Translations under genes and position numbers: made by a program
Part shown: positions 10,782 through 21,971 of the stretch, one piece after another
Layout of the letters: each line of letters opens with the position of its first letter
Numbering within the stretch: position 1 is the stretch's first letter
Source of the DNA: Escherichia coli
GTDB taxonomy: Bacteria > Pseudomonadota > Gammaproteobacteria > Enterobacterales > Enterobacteriaceae
Reading direction: 5' to 3' (one strand)
DNA length: 64,000 bases
Assembly: GCF_013315695.1 (NCBI RefSeq)
Contig: NZ_CP054353.1
The notes under the pieces: generated by a model
Database searches by the model: none
Told to the model about the DNA's origin: nothing
The model's input: only the letters and a program-made list of their open reading frames with translations

Positions 10782-11834
10782 GTGAACATATATATCGGGT
10801 GGCTTTTCAAATTAATCCCTTTAATTATGGGCTTAATTTGTATCGCGTTAGGTGGCTTTGTGCTGGAAAGTTCTGGGCAAAGTGAGTATTTCGTCGCGGG
10901 TCATGTGCTGATTTCTCTGGCAGCCATATGCCTGGCATTATTCACTACCGCATTTATTATCATTTCGCAGCTCACGCGCGGCGTTAATACGTTTTACAAT
11001 ACATTGTTCCCCATTATTGGCTATGCGGGGTCAATTATCACCATGATATGGGGTTGGGCACTGTTAGCAGGCAATGATGTGATGGCAGACGAGTTTGTTG
11101 CCGGCCATGTTATTTTTGGCGTTGGTATGATTGCCGCCTGTGTATCGACAGTGGCAGCGTCATCCGGTCACTTTCTGCTCATTCCCAAAAACGCAGCAGG
11201 GAGCAAGAGCGATGGAACACCGGTACAGGCTTATTCGTCATTAATCGGTAATTGCCTCATTGCCGTTCCCGTTTTACTCACCCTGCTCGGTTTCATTTGG
11301 TCTATTACGCTGTTACGTAGTGCCGACATAACTCCGCATTATGTCGCCGGTCACGTATTGCTTGGGTTAACCGCAATCTGTGCCTGTCTAATTGGCCTTG
11401 TTGCCACAATCGTCCATCAAACACGTAATACGTTCTCATCCAAAGAACACTGGCTGTGGTGTTATTGGGTTATTATTCTCGGCTCAATCACGGTGCTGCA
11501 GGGCATATACGTCTTAGTCAGCTCCGATGCAAGCGTCCGACTGGCTCCCGGCATTATTCTCATTTGCCTCGGAATGATCTGTTACAGCATATTCTCAAAA
11601 GTCTGGCTACTGGCACTGGTCTGGAGACGTACCTGTTCGTTAGCCAACAGAATACCGATGATTCCCGTCTTCACCTGCCTGTTTTGCCTTTTCCTGGCAT
11701 CGTTTCTTGCGGAAATGGCGCAGACCGACATAGGGTATTTTATTCCTTCGCGGGTTCTGGTCGGTTTGGGAGCGGTATGCTTTACGTTGTTCTCAATCGT
11801 TTCAATATTAGAAGCGGGTTCTGCTAAAAAATAA
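10782..11834 (+). CDS. yhiM: Inner membrane protein YhiM
   Basis: Start placed at GTG preceded by GAGGAG SD (ORF from 10683 is probably an extension); multi-pass membrane protein with three internal [YF]VAGHV[LI] repeats. Confidence 0.8.
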   Translation: MNIYIGWLFKLIPLIMGLICIALGGFVLESSGQSEYFVAGHVLISLAAICLALFTTAFIIISQLTRGVNTFYNTLFPIIGYAGSIITMIWGWALLAGNDVMADEFVAGHVIFGVGMIAACVSTVAASSGHFLLIPKNAAGSKSDGTPVQAYSSLIGNCLIAVPVLLTLLGFIWSITLLRSADITPHYVAGHVLLGLTAICACLIGLVATIVHQTRNTFSSKEHWLWCYWVIILGSITVLQGIYVLVSSDASVRLAPGIILICLGMICYSIFSKVWLLALVWRRTCSLANRIPMIPVFTCLFCLFLASFLAEMAQTDIGYFIPSRVLVGLGAVCFTLFSIVSILEAGSAKK

Positions 11835-12147
11835 TTGCAACGTACCGGATAAACCAGCGTTGATTATTTGCGTAACGCTGGTTTTTCTTAGGTATCATGA
11901 AATAACGCAGCATTAATGCATAGTGGTTAAGTATAAATAAACAGCAAAGTTGCTGATTTTTTCAACCTGTTCATATTTTATAAAGATCTGGCCACTGGGG
12001 GAGTTTTAATCACCTTTCACTCCACCTTATATTAAGCATGGAGGGTTTCAGTTCACAGGCTCATTAGAAAATAATCACAAAATAACCACTATCAAAATTA
12101 GCTCATTTTTAATGCGACTCTAATAATTTTCATCTTTAGGAAAAAGC

Positions 12148-13350
12148 TCAGGACGACTTCGCTGCAATCAAATCCTGCGCACAAGCCCACGCACTCGACC
12201 ACGCCCACTGGAAATTATAGCCCCCCAGCCAACCGGTGACGTCCATCACTTCGCCGATGAAGTACAGCCCAGGCACTTTGCGCGCTTCCATCGTCCGTGA
12301 AGAGAGTTCGTTGGTGTCCACGCCGCCGAGCGTCACTTCGGCAGTGCGATAGCCTTCAGTGCCGTTGGGTTGTACGCGCCAGTCGGTCAATGTGCTAATC
12401 AGTGCCTGTTGGTCACGCACGTTGAGCTGTTTTAGCGAGACATCCGGGATTTGCCCGAGTTGTTGTAAACGTTCAACCAACCGCTTCGGTAGATGAACCG
12501 CCAGTGTGTTTTTCAGGCTCTGATTCGGATGTGCATTACGCTGCTCATTCAGGAAGGTTTCGAGGTCCACATCCGGTAGCAGATTGATACTGACAAATTC
12601 ACCCGGTTGCCAGTAGCTGGAAATTTGCAACACCGCCGGTCCAGATAAGCCGCGGTGGGTGAAGAGTAAGTTCTCACGGAAAACGGTGCCGTTTTCAGCG
12701 GTAATCACGGAAGGCACCGCCACGCCCGCCAGCACCTGTAACTCTTCGAGCAACGGTTTATGCAGAGTGAATGGCACCAGGCCCGCGCGGGTCGGCAGCA
12801 CGTTGAGGCCAAATTGTTCGGCAATCTTATAACCAAACGGCGATGCGCCCAGCCCCGGCATTGACAGCCCACCGGTCGCGATGACCAGCTTTTCGCAACC
12901 GACAGTCATGCCGTTCAGTTCAAGCGTGAAGCCTGTTTCATCCTTCGCCACACTCAGCACTTCGCTACGCAATCTGAAGGTCACATTGCCCTTCTCGCAC
13001 TCATCCACCAGCATGTCGACAATCTGCTGCGCGGAGTCATCGCAGAAGAGTTGTCCTAACGTTTTCTCGTGCCAGGTGATGCCGTGTTTATTGACCAGAT
13101 CAATGAAATCCCACTGGGTAAAACGCGCGAGTGCAGACTTACAAAAATGCGGATTCTGGCTCAGATAAGCGCCCGGTTCGACATAAAGGTTGGTAAAGTT
13201 GCAGCGCCCACCGCCAGACATGAGGATTTTGCGCCCTGGTTTTTTACCATTATCGATCAGCAGAACCCGGCGTCCTGCCTGACCTGCCAGCGCAGAACAG
13301 AACATACCTGCCGCACCAGCGCCTATAATAATGGCATCAAACCTTTCCAC
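12148..13350 (-). CDS. yhiN: FAD-dependent flavoprotein YhiN (HI0933/aminoacetone oxidase-like family)
   Basis: 400 aa; N-terminal dinucleotide-binding motif IIGAGAAG. Confidence 0.85.
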   Translation of the reverse strand: MERFDAIIIGAGAAGMFCSALAGQAGRRVLLIDNGKKPGRKILMSGGGRCNFTNLYVEPGAYLSQNPHFCKSALARFTQWDFIDLVNKHGITWHEKTLGQLFCDDSAQQIVDMLVDECEKGNVTFRLRSEVLSVAKDETGFTLELNGMTVGCEKLVIATGGLSMPGLGASPFGYKIAEQFGLNVLPTRAGLVPFTLHKPLLEELQVLAGVAVPSVITAENGTVFRENLLFTHRGLSGPAVLQISSYWQPGEFVSINLLPDVDLETFLNEQRNAHPNQSLKNTLAVHLPKRLVERLQQLGQIPDVSLKQLNVRDQQALISTLTDWRVQPNGTEGYRTAEVTLGGVDTNELSSRTMEARKVPGLYFIGEVMDVTGWLGGYNFQWAWSSAWACAQDLIAAKSS

Positions 13351-13581
13351 GTTGCGCTCCTCTAAGAAAAAACGGGCGTGAATTGTAAAGATTCCTCAGT
13401 GGTCGCACCAGCATCAATATTACTAAAAGGAAGTATTTGCCTGAATTATATAAGATAATTATTTTTTGAGTGAAATCCATACAGGAGGCAAATCAAAAAA
13501 AGTCTATATTTCACTTTGCCCGCGCCGCGAAAGTCACTGATAATGCGCCGCGTTCATGTCCTCAAAATGGCGTAACGTCCT

Positions 13582-15081
13582 ATGCTACATTTGTTTGCTG
13601 GCCTGGATTTGCATACCGGGCTGTTATTATTGCTTGCACTGGCTTTTGTGCTGTTCTACGAAGCCATCAATGGTTTCCATGACACAGCCAACGCCGTGGC
13701 AACCGTTATCTATACCCGCGCGATGCGTTCTCAGCTCGCCGTGGTTATGGCGGCGGTGTTCAACTTTTTGGGTGTTTTGCTGGGTGGTCTGAGTGTTGCC
13801 TATGCCATTGTGCATATGCTGCCGACGGATCTGCTGCTTAATATGGGATCGTCTCATGGCCTTGCCATGGTGTTCTCTATGTTGCTGGCGGCGATTATCT
13901 GGAACCTGGGTACCTGGTACTTTGGTTTACCTGCATCCAGCTCTCATACGCTGATTGGCGCGATCATCGGGATTGGTTTAACCAATGCGTTGATGACCGG
14001 GACGTCAGTGGTGGATGCACTCAATATCCCGAAAGTATTAAGTATTTTCGGTTCTCTGATCGTTTCCCCTATTGTCGGCCTGGTGTTTGCTGGCGGTCTG
14101 ATTTTCTTGCTGCGTCGCTACTGGAGCGGCACCAAGAAACGCGCCCGTATCCACCTGACCCCAGCGGAGCGTGAAAAGAAAGACGGCAAGAAAAAGCCGC
14201 CGTTCTGGACGCGTATTGCGCTGATCCTTTCCGCTATCGGCGTGGCGTTTTCGCACGGCGCGAACGATGGTCAGAAAGGTATTGGTCTGGTTATGTTGGT
14301 ATTGATTGGCGTCGCACCAGCAGGCTTCGTGGTGAACATGAATGCCACTGGCTACGAAATCACCCGTACCCGTGATGCCATCAACAACGTGGAAGCTTAC
14401 TTTGAGCAGCACCCTGCGCTGCTGAAACAGGCTACCGGTGCTGATCAGTTAGTACCGGCTCCGGAAGCTGGCGCAACGCAACCTGCGGAGTTCCATTGCC
14501 ATCCGTCGAATACCATTAACGCGCTCAACCGCCTGAAAGGCATGTTGACTACCGATGTGGAAAGCTACGATAAGCTGTCGCTTGATCAACGTAGCCAGAT
14601 GCGCCGCATTATGCTGTGCGTTTCTGACACTATCGACAAAGTGGTGAAGATGCCTGGCGTGAGTGCTGACGATCAGCGTCTGTTGAAGAAACTGAAGTCC
14701 GACATGCTTAGCACCATCGAGTATGCGCCGGTGTGGATCATCATGGCGGTCGCGCTGGCGTTAGGTATCGGTACGATGATTGGCTGGCGTCGTGTGGCAA
14801 CGACTATCGGTGAGAAAATCGGTAAGAAAGGCATGACCTACGCTCAGGGGATGTCTGCCCAGATGACGGCGGCAGTGTCTATCGGCCTGGCAAGTTATAC
14901 CGGGATGCCGGTTTCCACTACTCACGTACTCTCCTCTTCTGTCGCGGGGACGATGGTGGTAGATGGCGGCGGCTTACAGCGTAAAACCGTAACCAGTATT
15001 CTGATGGCCTGGGTATTTACCCTTCCGGCTGCGGTACTGCTTTCCGGCGGGCTGTACTGGCTCTCCTTGCAGTTCCTGTAA
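13582..15081 (+). CDS. pitA: Low-affinity inorganic phosphate transporter PitA
   Basis: 499 aa; PiT-family duplicated [12 protein letters not shown] motifs; matches PitA throughout. Confidence 0.95.
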
Positions 15082-15097
15082 TCGTACGCACCAAAAC

Positions 15098-15128
15098 GAG
15101 CGGGTCAGTTTACTGGCCCGCTTTTTTT
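15098..15128. terminator. Putative bidirectional hairpin terminator between pitA and uspB
   Basis: GC-rich inverted repeat (gcgggtcag...ctggcccgc) followed by a T run on the + strand and flanked by an A/T tract on the other side. Confidence 0.5.
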
Positions 15129-15151
15129 ATGCGTCATTATTGCTGAAGTGC

Positions 15152-15487
15152 TTAATGCCAAATCATCAATGCAATCAGGCTGACCACCACCAGACCACAC
15201 AATGCGCTGGTCAGAATAAACTGCCGACGCACCCGCTCACAGCGGCGAATAAACTCATCATCGTGATGATCGCGATAACGTTGGGCATAGATATACCAAA
15301 CGAGACGCACCTGTTTGTTGGGTTGGCCATGTGAGGTAAAAAAGCCCCCTCCATCAACATATTGATAGAGCAATGGATCGCAGTTACGCAGTACCACTAA
15401 CAACGCGCGTAGTGATGAGAAATAGCGCGCCATGTTAACAATGCAAACGACACATAAAGCCCAAAATAATGCGACGGTGCTTATCAT
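15152..15487 (-). CDS. uspB: Universal stress protein B
   Basis: 111 aa small membrane protein matching UspB. Confidence 0.9.
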
Positions 15488-15877
15488 ACCTCCTCCCCGG
15501 CGACCTGCCCGCGGAGTTCCACCCCGGGGCTACCGCTCCCGATACGCTGCCAATCAGTTAACACCAGGTCCTGGAGAAACCGCTTTTGTGGTGACCAACA
15601 TCCGAGCGGCTCTATAGATAGTGTAGGAGATCAGGTTGTTTTTTTTCCAGAAGGTTAACCACTATCAATATATTCATGTCGAAAATTTGTTTATCTAACG
15701 AGTAAGCAAGGCGGATTGACGGATCATCCGGGTCGCTATAAGGTAAGGATGGTCTTAACACTGAATCTTTACGGCTGGGTTAGCCCCGCGCACGTAGTTC
15801 GCAGGACGCGGGTGACGTAACGGCACAAGAAACGCTAGCTGGCCAGTCATCGACAACTTTATGGAAGGAGTAACACT

Positions 15878-16312
15878 ATGGCTTATAAACACATTCTCAT
15901 CGCGGTCGACCTCTCCCCGGAAAGCAAAGTTCTGGTAGAGAAAGCAGTCTCTATGGCTCGCCCCTACAATGCGAAAGTTTCTCTGATCCACGTAGATGTA
16001 AACTACTCTGACCTATACACCGGGCTTATCGATGTGAATCTGGGTGATATGCAGAAACGCATCTCTGAAGAGACACATCATGCGCTGACCGAGCTTTCAA
16101 CCAATGCAGGCTACCCAATCACTGAAACCCTGAGTGGCAGCGGCGACCTGGGCCAGGTACTGGTCGATGCAATCAAGAAATACGATATGGATCTGGTGGT
16201 TTGTGGTCACCACCAGGACTTCTGGAGCAAACTGATGTCTTCCGCACGTCAGCTGATCAACACCGTTCACGTTGATATGCTGATTGTTCCGCTGCGCGAC
16301 GAAGAAGAATAA
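15878..16312 (+). CDS. uspA: Universal stress protein A
   Basis: 144 aa; Usp fold; GGAGTAAC SD-like sequence upstream of the ATG. Confidence 0.95.
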
Positions 16313-16338
16313 TCTTCCCTCCACGACGTGTTCCTGAA

Positions 16339-16366
16339 CGCCCGCATATGCGGGCGTTTTGCTTTT
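16339..16366 (+). terminator. Rho-independent terminator of uspA
   Basis: cgcccgcatatgcgggcg hairpin followed by ttttgcttttt. Confidence 0.7.
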
Positions 16367-16627
16367 TGGCGCGCCTTGTTACCTTGCAGCGTAAACACCT
16401 TATCTGGCCTACGGTCTGCGTACGCAATCAAAATCCCCTGCCAATACAACATTTAACACCATCATATTTTCCATCATTAGTGTGATCAGCTGGTTATTTT
16501 CTGTTGTAATAGTGTATTAATCTATTCACCGCATCAATATTAAGAATCTCTGACAGATGTAAACTTTTTCGCGCGTTATCCCTTACGCGTTCATACTTTT
16601 CAGGATGGTATTGGAAGGTTAATAAAT

Positions 16628-18100
16628 ATGAATACAACAACACCCATGGGGATGCTGCAGCAACCTCGCCCATTTTTCATGATCTTTTTTGTCGAGTTAT
16701 GGGAGCGATTCGGCTACTACGGCGTGCAGGGCGTACTGGCTGTTTTCTTCGTTAAGCAGCTTGGATTCTCGCAAGAACAGGCTTTTGTCACTTTTGGTGC
16801 TTTTGCTGCGCTGGTCTATGGCCTCATTTCCATTGGCGGCTATGTCGGCGACCACCTGCTGGGGACCAAACGCACCATTGTTCTCGGAGCACTTGTGCTG
16901 GCGATTGGCTACTTCATGACCGGCCTGTCGCTACTTAAGCCTGACCTGATTTTCATCGCCCTGGGGACTATCGCTGTCGGTAACGGCCTGTTTAAAGCTA
17001 ACCCAGCCAGCTTGCTTTCGAAGTGCTATCCGCCGAAAGATCCGCGGCTTGATGGCGCATTTACCCTGTTCTATATGTCGATCAACATCGGCTCGTTGAT
17101 AGCGTTATCGCTGGCCCCTGTGATCGCTGATAGATTCGGCTATTCAGTCACCTACAACCTGTGCGGTGCGGGATTAATTATCGCGCTATTGGTTTACATC
17201 GCCTGTCGCGGAATGGTGAAAGACATTGGTTCTGAACCCGACTTCCGGCCGATGAGCTTCAGCAAACTGTTGTACGTGTTACTTGGCAGCGTGGTGATGA
17301 TCTTCGTCTGTGCATGGCTGATGCACAACGTAGAAGTCGCCAATCTGGTGCTGATTGTTCTCTCCATCGTCGTCACCATCATTTTCTTTCGTCAGGCATT
17401 CAAGCTGGATAAAACCGGGCGCAATAAAATGTTTGTCGCCTTTGTCCTGATGCTCGAAGCGGTGGTGTTTTACATTCTCTACGCCCAGATGCCAACGTCG
17501 CTGAACTTCTTTGCCATCAACAACGTGCATCATGAAATTCTCGGCTTTTCCATCAACCCGGTCAGCTTCCAGGCGCTTAACCCGTTCTGGGTGGTACTCG
17601 CCAGCCCAATACTGGCAGGCATTTACACGCATCTGGGTAACAAAGGCAAAGATCTCTCGATGCCGATGAAGTTTACTCTCGGCATGTTTATGTGCTCACT
17701 GGGCTTTTTGACGGCTGCAGCGGCTGGAATGTGGTTTGCGGATGCCCAGGGGCTGACATCGCCATGGTTTATCGTGCTGGTGTACTTATTCCAGAGCTTA
17801 GGTGAACTGTTTATTAGCGCCCTTGGCCTGGCGATGATTGCTGCCCTGGTGCCGCAGCATTTGATGGGCTTTATTCTCGGGATGTGGTTCCTGACGCAGG
17901 CTGCCGCGTTCTTGCTGGGCGGCTATGTGGCAACATTTACCGCAGTACCAGACAACATTACCGATCCGCTTGAGACGTTGCCCGTCTATACCAACGTGTT
18001 TGGTAAGATTGGCCTGGTTACGCTGGGCGTTGCCGTAGTGATGCTATTGATGGTGCCGTGGCTGAAACGCATGATTGCGACGCCGGAAAGCCATAGCTAG
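16628..18100 (+). CDS. dtpB: Dipeptide/tripeptide:H+ symporter DtpB (POT family)
   Basis: 490 aa; POT/PTR2 family ERFGYYG motif; matches DtpB (YhiP). Confidence 0.9.
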   Translation: MNTTTPMGMLQQPRPFFMIFFVELWERFGYYGVQGVLAVFFVKQLGFSQEQAFVTFGAFAALVYGLISIGGYVGDHLLGTKRTIVLGALVLAIGYFMTGLSLLKPDLIFIALGTIAVGNGLFKANPASLLSKCYPPKDPRLDGAFTLFYMSINIGSLIALSLAPVIADRFGYSVTYNLCGAGLIIALLVYIACRGMVKDIGSEPDFRPMSFSKLLYVLLGSVVMIFVCAWLMHNVEVANLVLIVLSIVVTIIFFRQAFKLDKTGRNKMFVAFVLMLEAVVFYILYAQMPTSLNFFAINNVHHEILGFSINPVSFQALNPFWVVLASPILAGIYTHLGNKGKDLSMPMKFTLGMFMCSLGFLTAAAAGMWFADAQGLTSPWFIVLVYLFQSLGELFISALGLAMIAALVPQHLMGFILGMWFLTQAAAFLLGGYVATFTAVPDNITDPLETLPVYTNVFGKIGLVTLGVAVVMLLMVPWLKRMIATPESHS

Positions 18101-18480
18101 TTTCCCATTCTCCCGACCAGCAATCGCCGGTCGGGATCCTCTCTGGTTTAACTTCCCGCCAAAATCAAACACGCACAAAACCGCACAAAAACCTCTATTC
18201 ACGCAGAGTCACGCATTAATAATTCTATTAACAAGAAATATTTGAATCCTGGAAAGCAATACGCAAAATTAATGAAAACAGTGCAACCAATTGTTTAATA
18301 TGAAAATATAATAAATCATGTGATTCATCTCTCAAATATTAACGATCTCCATAGGCAATGCATGTTTCTGCGCATAAATTACAAACATGCAAAAACACGC
18401 ATTAAGATGTAAACAAAATGATGCTGGCTGCATAAAAATCATGCTGGCAGTAAGCCTTAATCAATGAAGAAACGTGGAGA

Positions 18481-19296
18481 ATGAAGATGGATCAAGCAAA
18501 CAAATGGTTGGATCTCTCAGGAAAAGTGGTGATCGTGACCGGGGGCAGTATGGGGTTAGGCGAAAAAATGGTCGAAAACCTCTCTGCAAATGGCGCAAAT
18601 GTCGTTTATGCCGATCTGGCTCCCAACCAGAGCTTTAATGAGATGGAAGGCATTACCTTTATAAAATGTGATGTCACAAAAAAGACCCAGGTTGAAGCTC
18701 TCACACAGACAGTCGTAGAAAAGTTTGGTCATATTGATGGCCTGGTTAATAACGCCGGGGTCAGCCGCCCGCGACTGTTGGTCGATGTATTTAAACAAAA
18801 ACCAGAGTACGAACTTAGTGAAGACGACTTTGATTTTATGGTGGGAGTGAATCAAAAAGCCGTTTACCTGGTATCGCAGGCCGTAGCTCGTCAGATGGTC
18901 GAACAGCAGTCAGGCGTCATTATTAATATGACATCTGAAGCAGGTGTTCAGGGATCGCGTGGACAAAGCTGTTATTCAGCGACAAAAGCCGCCGTCAATG
19001 CATTCACCTTTTCATGGGCAAAAGAACTGGGTCCGTTTAACGTTCGCGTTGTCAGCGTTGAACCAGCTATAAACGTTCCTACTCCTATGAACAGCGAAGC
19101 GAATTTCCGTGCTCTTGCTTATACACGCGGCACAGATCCCTCACATGTTCATAAAGATTACAAAGGAATTATCCCGCTTGGTCGCCCTGGCAAACTCGAA
19201 GAAATCGCTGACTTAATTTCTTTCCTGGTTTCGGATCGTTCTTCCTACATTACCGGTTCCGTGATCAATATCACCGGCGGTAAATCACACCATTAA
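18481..19296 (+). CDS. Short-chain dehydrogenase/reductase (SDR) family oxidoreductase
   Basis: 271 aa; VTGGSMGLG cofactor-binding motif and YSATKAAV catalytic motif; first gene of a non-K-12 cluster. Confidence 0.8.
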   Translation: MKMDQANKWLDLSGKVVIVTGGSMGLGEKMVENLSANGANVVYADLAPNQSFNEMEGITFIKCDVTKKTQVEALTQTVVEKFGHIDGLVNNAGVSRPRLLVDVFKQKPEYELSEDDFDFMVGVNQKAVYLVSQAVARQMVEQQSGVIINMTSEAGVQGSRGQSCYSATKAAVNAFTFSWAKELGPFNVRVVSVEPAINVPTPMNSEANFRALAYTRGTDPSHVHKDYKGIIPLGRPGKLEEIADLISFLVSDRSSYITGSVINITGGKSHH

Positions 19297-19311
19297 TCAA
19301 TAATCACTAAA

Positions 19312-20790
19312 ATGGAGCCGACCATGGGGAACAGTAAAATTGCCAATAGCCCTGCGTTAGCGAAAATAAGAAAGTTTGGTGGAGTAATGAGCGGCATGGT
19401 AATGCCGAATCTGGGTGCCTTTGTAGGATGGGGGTTAATGGCCGCTATCTTCATTCCTAACGGATGGTTTCCTAATGAAAAATTAGGCCAGATGGTCGGC
19501 CCCATCCTGAATTATCTTTTCCCATTACTTATTGGGTATACCGCAGGTTATAACATTCACGGTCAGCGCGGAGGGGTCATCGCTGCTTTCGCAACGATGG
19601 GCGTCATCGTAGGTTCTGAAATAACCATGATAAGCGGCGCGATGGTCATGGGGCCGTTATCGTCCTGGCTATTGAAAAAGTTTGACCAGAAAGTACAGCA
19701 CCGAATTAAACCTGGCTTCGAGATGTTTGTAAATAATTTCAGTCTGGGAATAATAGGACTGCTTTGTGCAATCTTTGCTTATATGACAGTGGGGCCGGTT
19801 ATCCGCGTCCTGATCGTTATTATCACTTCAGGCGTGAACTGGTGTACCAGTCATAATTTACTGCCGTTACTATCAGTATTTATGGCTCCTGCACAGGTGC
19901 TTTTCCTGAATAACGTGGTGAACCACGGTATTCTCGCGCCAATTGGTTTTGCCCAAGTTCCTGAATTGGGTAAATCAATTATGTTCCTTGTGGATACCAA
20001 TAACGGTCCCTTGCTCGGAACATTGATGGCCATCGCCCTGTTTGGTCGTAGTCGTGCGAAGAAAACAGCACCAATGGCGATGTTTATCGCCGGTATTGCA
20101 GGGATTGGTGAAGTCTACTTCCCGTTTGTACTGGCTAATCCGTTGTTAGTCTTCGCAACAATGGGCGGCCTTGCTGTCTCTTTGTTCTTACAGGTGATCA
20201 TGGGCGGCGGTTTGATCGGTGTGGCTTCGCCGGGGAGTTTGATCGCCATCGCCATGATGACGCCTAAAAGTGCGATTATTGCCAACCTGGTATCTATCAG
20301 CGCCGGTTTTGTCGTCTCCTGTACACTTGGCTGGTTAATTCTCAAAATTAGCCCCGGTTCAGAAGATGATGACGAAGAAAATCCGGTCATCGTCGGTGGT
20401 CGTCAGGTGAGATCTGTTAGCGACTTTGTCCCTGGCATCTCAAACGTGACGGCGGCAACCAGTAATAAAACCGTTCAACGCATTTTGGTTGCCTGTGATT
20501 CAGGTATGGGGTCCAGCGCGATGGGGGCATCTGTTTTACGAAAACGGTTAAAAGCTGAAGGGCTCGATTACATAACTGTTGTCAACGATTCCGCAAACAG
20601 AGTAGGTAGAGATTACGATATTGTCATTACGCTTTCCGGACTACTCGAACGCGCAAGACTAAGTTGCGAGAATGAAAATACTGTTTTTATGACGGTGAAA
20701 AACTTTATTAAGTTAAGTGACTATGATGAGGCAGTGTCCTATATAAAAACGCAAGAAAATGTTACTCAACGTGAGGAGGCGACGGCATGA
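19312..20790 (+). CDS. PTS transporter EIICB component, mannitol (Mtl) family
   Basis: 492 aa; strong resemblance to the MtlA EIIC domain (…MVMPNLGAFVGWG…LLPLLIGYT…) and to its EIIB region around the phospho-Cys (ILVACDSGMGSSAMGASVLRKR). Start codon uncertain. Confidence 0.85.
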   Translation: MEPTMGNSKIANSPALAKIRKFGGVMSGMVMPNLGAFVGWGLMAAIFIPNGWFPNEKLGQMVGPILNYLFPLLIGYTAGYNIHGQRGGVIAAFATMGVIVGSEITMISGAMVMGPLSSWLLKKFDQKVQHRIKPGFEMFVNNFSLGIIGLLCAIFAYMTVGPVIRVLIVIITSGVNWCTSHNLLPLLSVFMAPAQVLFLNNVVNHGILAPIGFAQVPELGKSIMFLVDTNNGPLLGTLMAIALFGRSRAKKTAPMAMFIAGIAGIGEVYFPFVLANPLLVFATMGGLAVSLFLQVIMGGGLIGVASPGSLIAIAMMTPKSAIIANLVSISAGFVVSCTLGWLILKISPGSEDDDEENPVIVGGRQVRSVSDFVPGISNVTAATSNKTVQRILVACDSGMGSSAMGASVLRKRLKAEGLDYITVVNDSANRVGRDYDIVITLSGLLERARLSCENENTVFMTVKNFIKLSDYDEAVSYIKTQENVTQREEATA

Positions 20791-21215
20791 CATCCATTTT
20801 CTCACCGAATAACATTATCCTGAACGCAAAAGCAGGAGATAAATACGAGGCTATTACTCTTACTGGTAATATTCTTAAACAAAATGGTTATGTCACTGAA
20901 GAATACATCCAGAGAATGAAACTAAGGGAGGAGATCGTTTCAACCTATCTTGGTAATGGTCTGGCAATTCCCCATGGCACTGATGGTTCAGATTGCGAGA
21001 TTGTTAAATCTGGAATCTCTCTGGTACAGTTTCCCGATGGTATTGATTTTGGCGATGGGAATACTGCCTATATAACCATTGGCATTGCCGGAAAAGAAGG
21101 CGAACACTTGGATCTGTTAAATAAGATCGCCTTAATTTGTATTGACGAAGATAATGTTAAAGCATTGCGTAACGCTAAAACCATTGAACAGGTTTTACAA
21201 GTACTCAACATCTAA
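20787..21215 (+). CDS. PTS EIIA component (mannitol/fructose-type)
   Basis: 142 aa; LGNGLAIPHGT phosphohistidine region; overlaps the EIICB stop by 4 bp. Confidence 0.8.
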   Translation: MTSIFSPNNIILNAKAGDKYEAITLTGNILKQNGYVTEEYIQRMKLREEIVSTYLGNGLAIPHGTDGSDCEIVKSGISLVQFPDGIDFGDGNTAYITIGIAGKEGEHLDLLNKIALICIDEDNVKALRNAKTIEQVLQVLNI

Positions 21216-21255
21216 GATATACTCATTATTCTATGAATAAAATGAGTATGTTACG

Positions 21256-21954
21256 ATGAAAGCTGCCAGACAAGACATTATCCTTCAAATACTTGAGAAA
21301 GAGAAAAAGATTGTTGCCAGTAAATTAAGTGAGCGTCTTAAGGTTTCTGAAGACACCATAAGACGCGACTTAAATGAACTGGCTAACCAGGGGTTAATTC
21401 GTCGGGTTCATAGCGGCGCGATTCGTGTGGGGCCTGCCATTACCGACTTTAACGTCAGGCAAGATCTGAATATTAATGAGAAGGTTAAGCTTGCAAAGAA
21501 AGCAGTACATTTAATTAAAGAAAATAGCGTCATTTTAATTGATGGAGGAACAACTAATTACGAATTAGTAAAGCTGATCCCTAAAGATTTAAAGTGTACG
21601 GTTGTCTCCAATAACATACCTATTCTGCATCTTTTAAGTGATTATCAGAATGTAGAGGTCATTGGTCTTGGTGGTCGCCTGTATAAAAACTCTTTAGTGT
21701 TGATTGGCGCAGAGACTATTCGCGAACTTGAGGCAATTCGCCCTGATATTTATTTCATGGGTGTTGCGCATGTTGATAGCGAAGTGGGTGTTACCATTCC
21801 TGGTCTAGATGAGTGCTATACCAAACAAAAAATGGCTCAAGTCTCAAATGAAGTTGCCATCCTCGTAACAGAGGAAAAACTTGAGACGCGTTCTAATTTC
21901 GTCGTGTCCTCACTCAAGGATATTAACTATATATTTACGAGTAAGGACATCTAA
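21256..21954 (+). CDS. DeoR-family transcriptional regulator
   Basis: 232 aa; N-terminal HTH (SKLSERLKVSEDTIRRDLNEL) and DeoR C-terminal sugar-phosphate sensor domain. Confidence 0.8.
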   Translation: MKAARQDIILQILEKEKKIVASKLSERLKVSEDTIRRDLNELANQGLIRRVHSGAIRVGPAITDFNVRQDLNINEKVKLAKKAVHLIKENSVILIDGGTTNYELVKLIPKDLKCTVVSNNIPILHLLSDYQNVEVIGLGGRLYKNSLVLIGAETIRELEAIRPDIYFMGVAHVDSEVGVTIPGLDECYTKQKMAQVSNEVAILVTEEKLETRSNFVVSSLKDINYIFTSKDI

Positions 21955-21971
21955 AAACATGAGGTATTTTA

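Noticed and set aside
15755..15991. 78-aa minus-strand ORF overlapping the uspA start and promoter
   Set aside because: Overlaps the well-supported uspA 5' end on the opposite strand; no coding support.
18113..18138. cccgaccagcaatcgccggtcggg hairpin after dtpB as a canonical terminator
   Set aside because: GC-rich stem present but not followed by a T run; it may be a weak or Rho-assisted terminator, so not reported as a feature.
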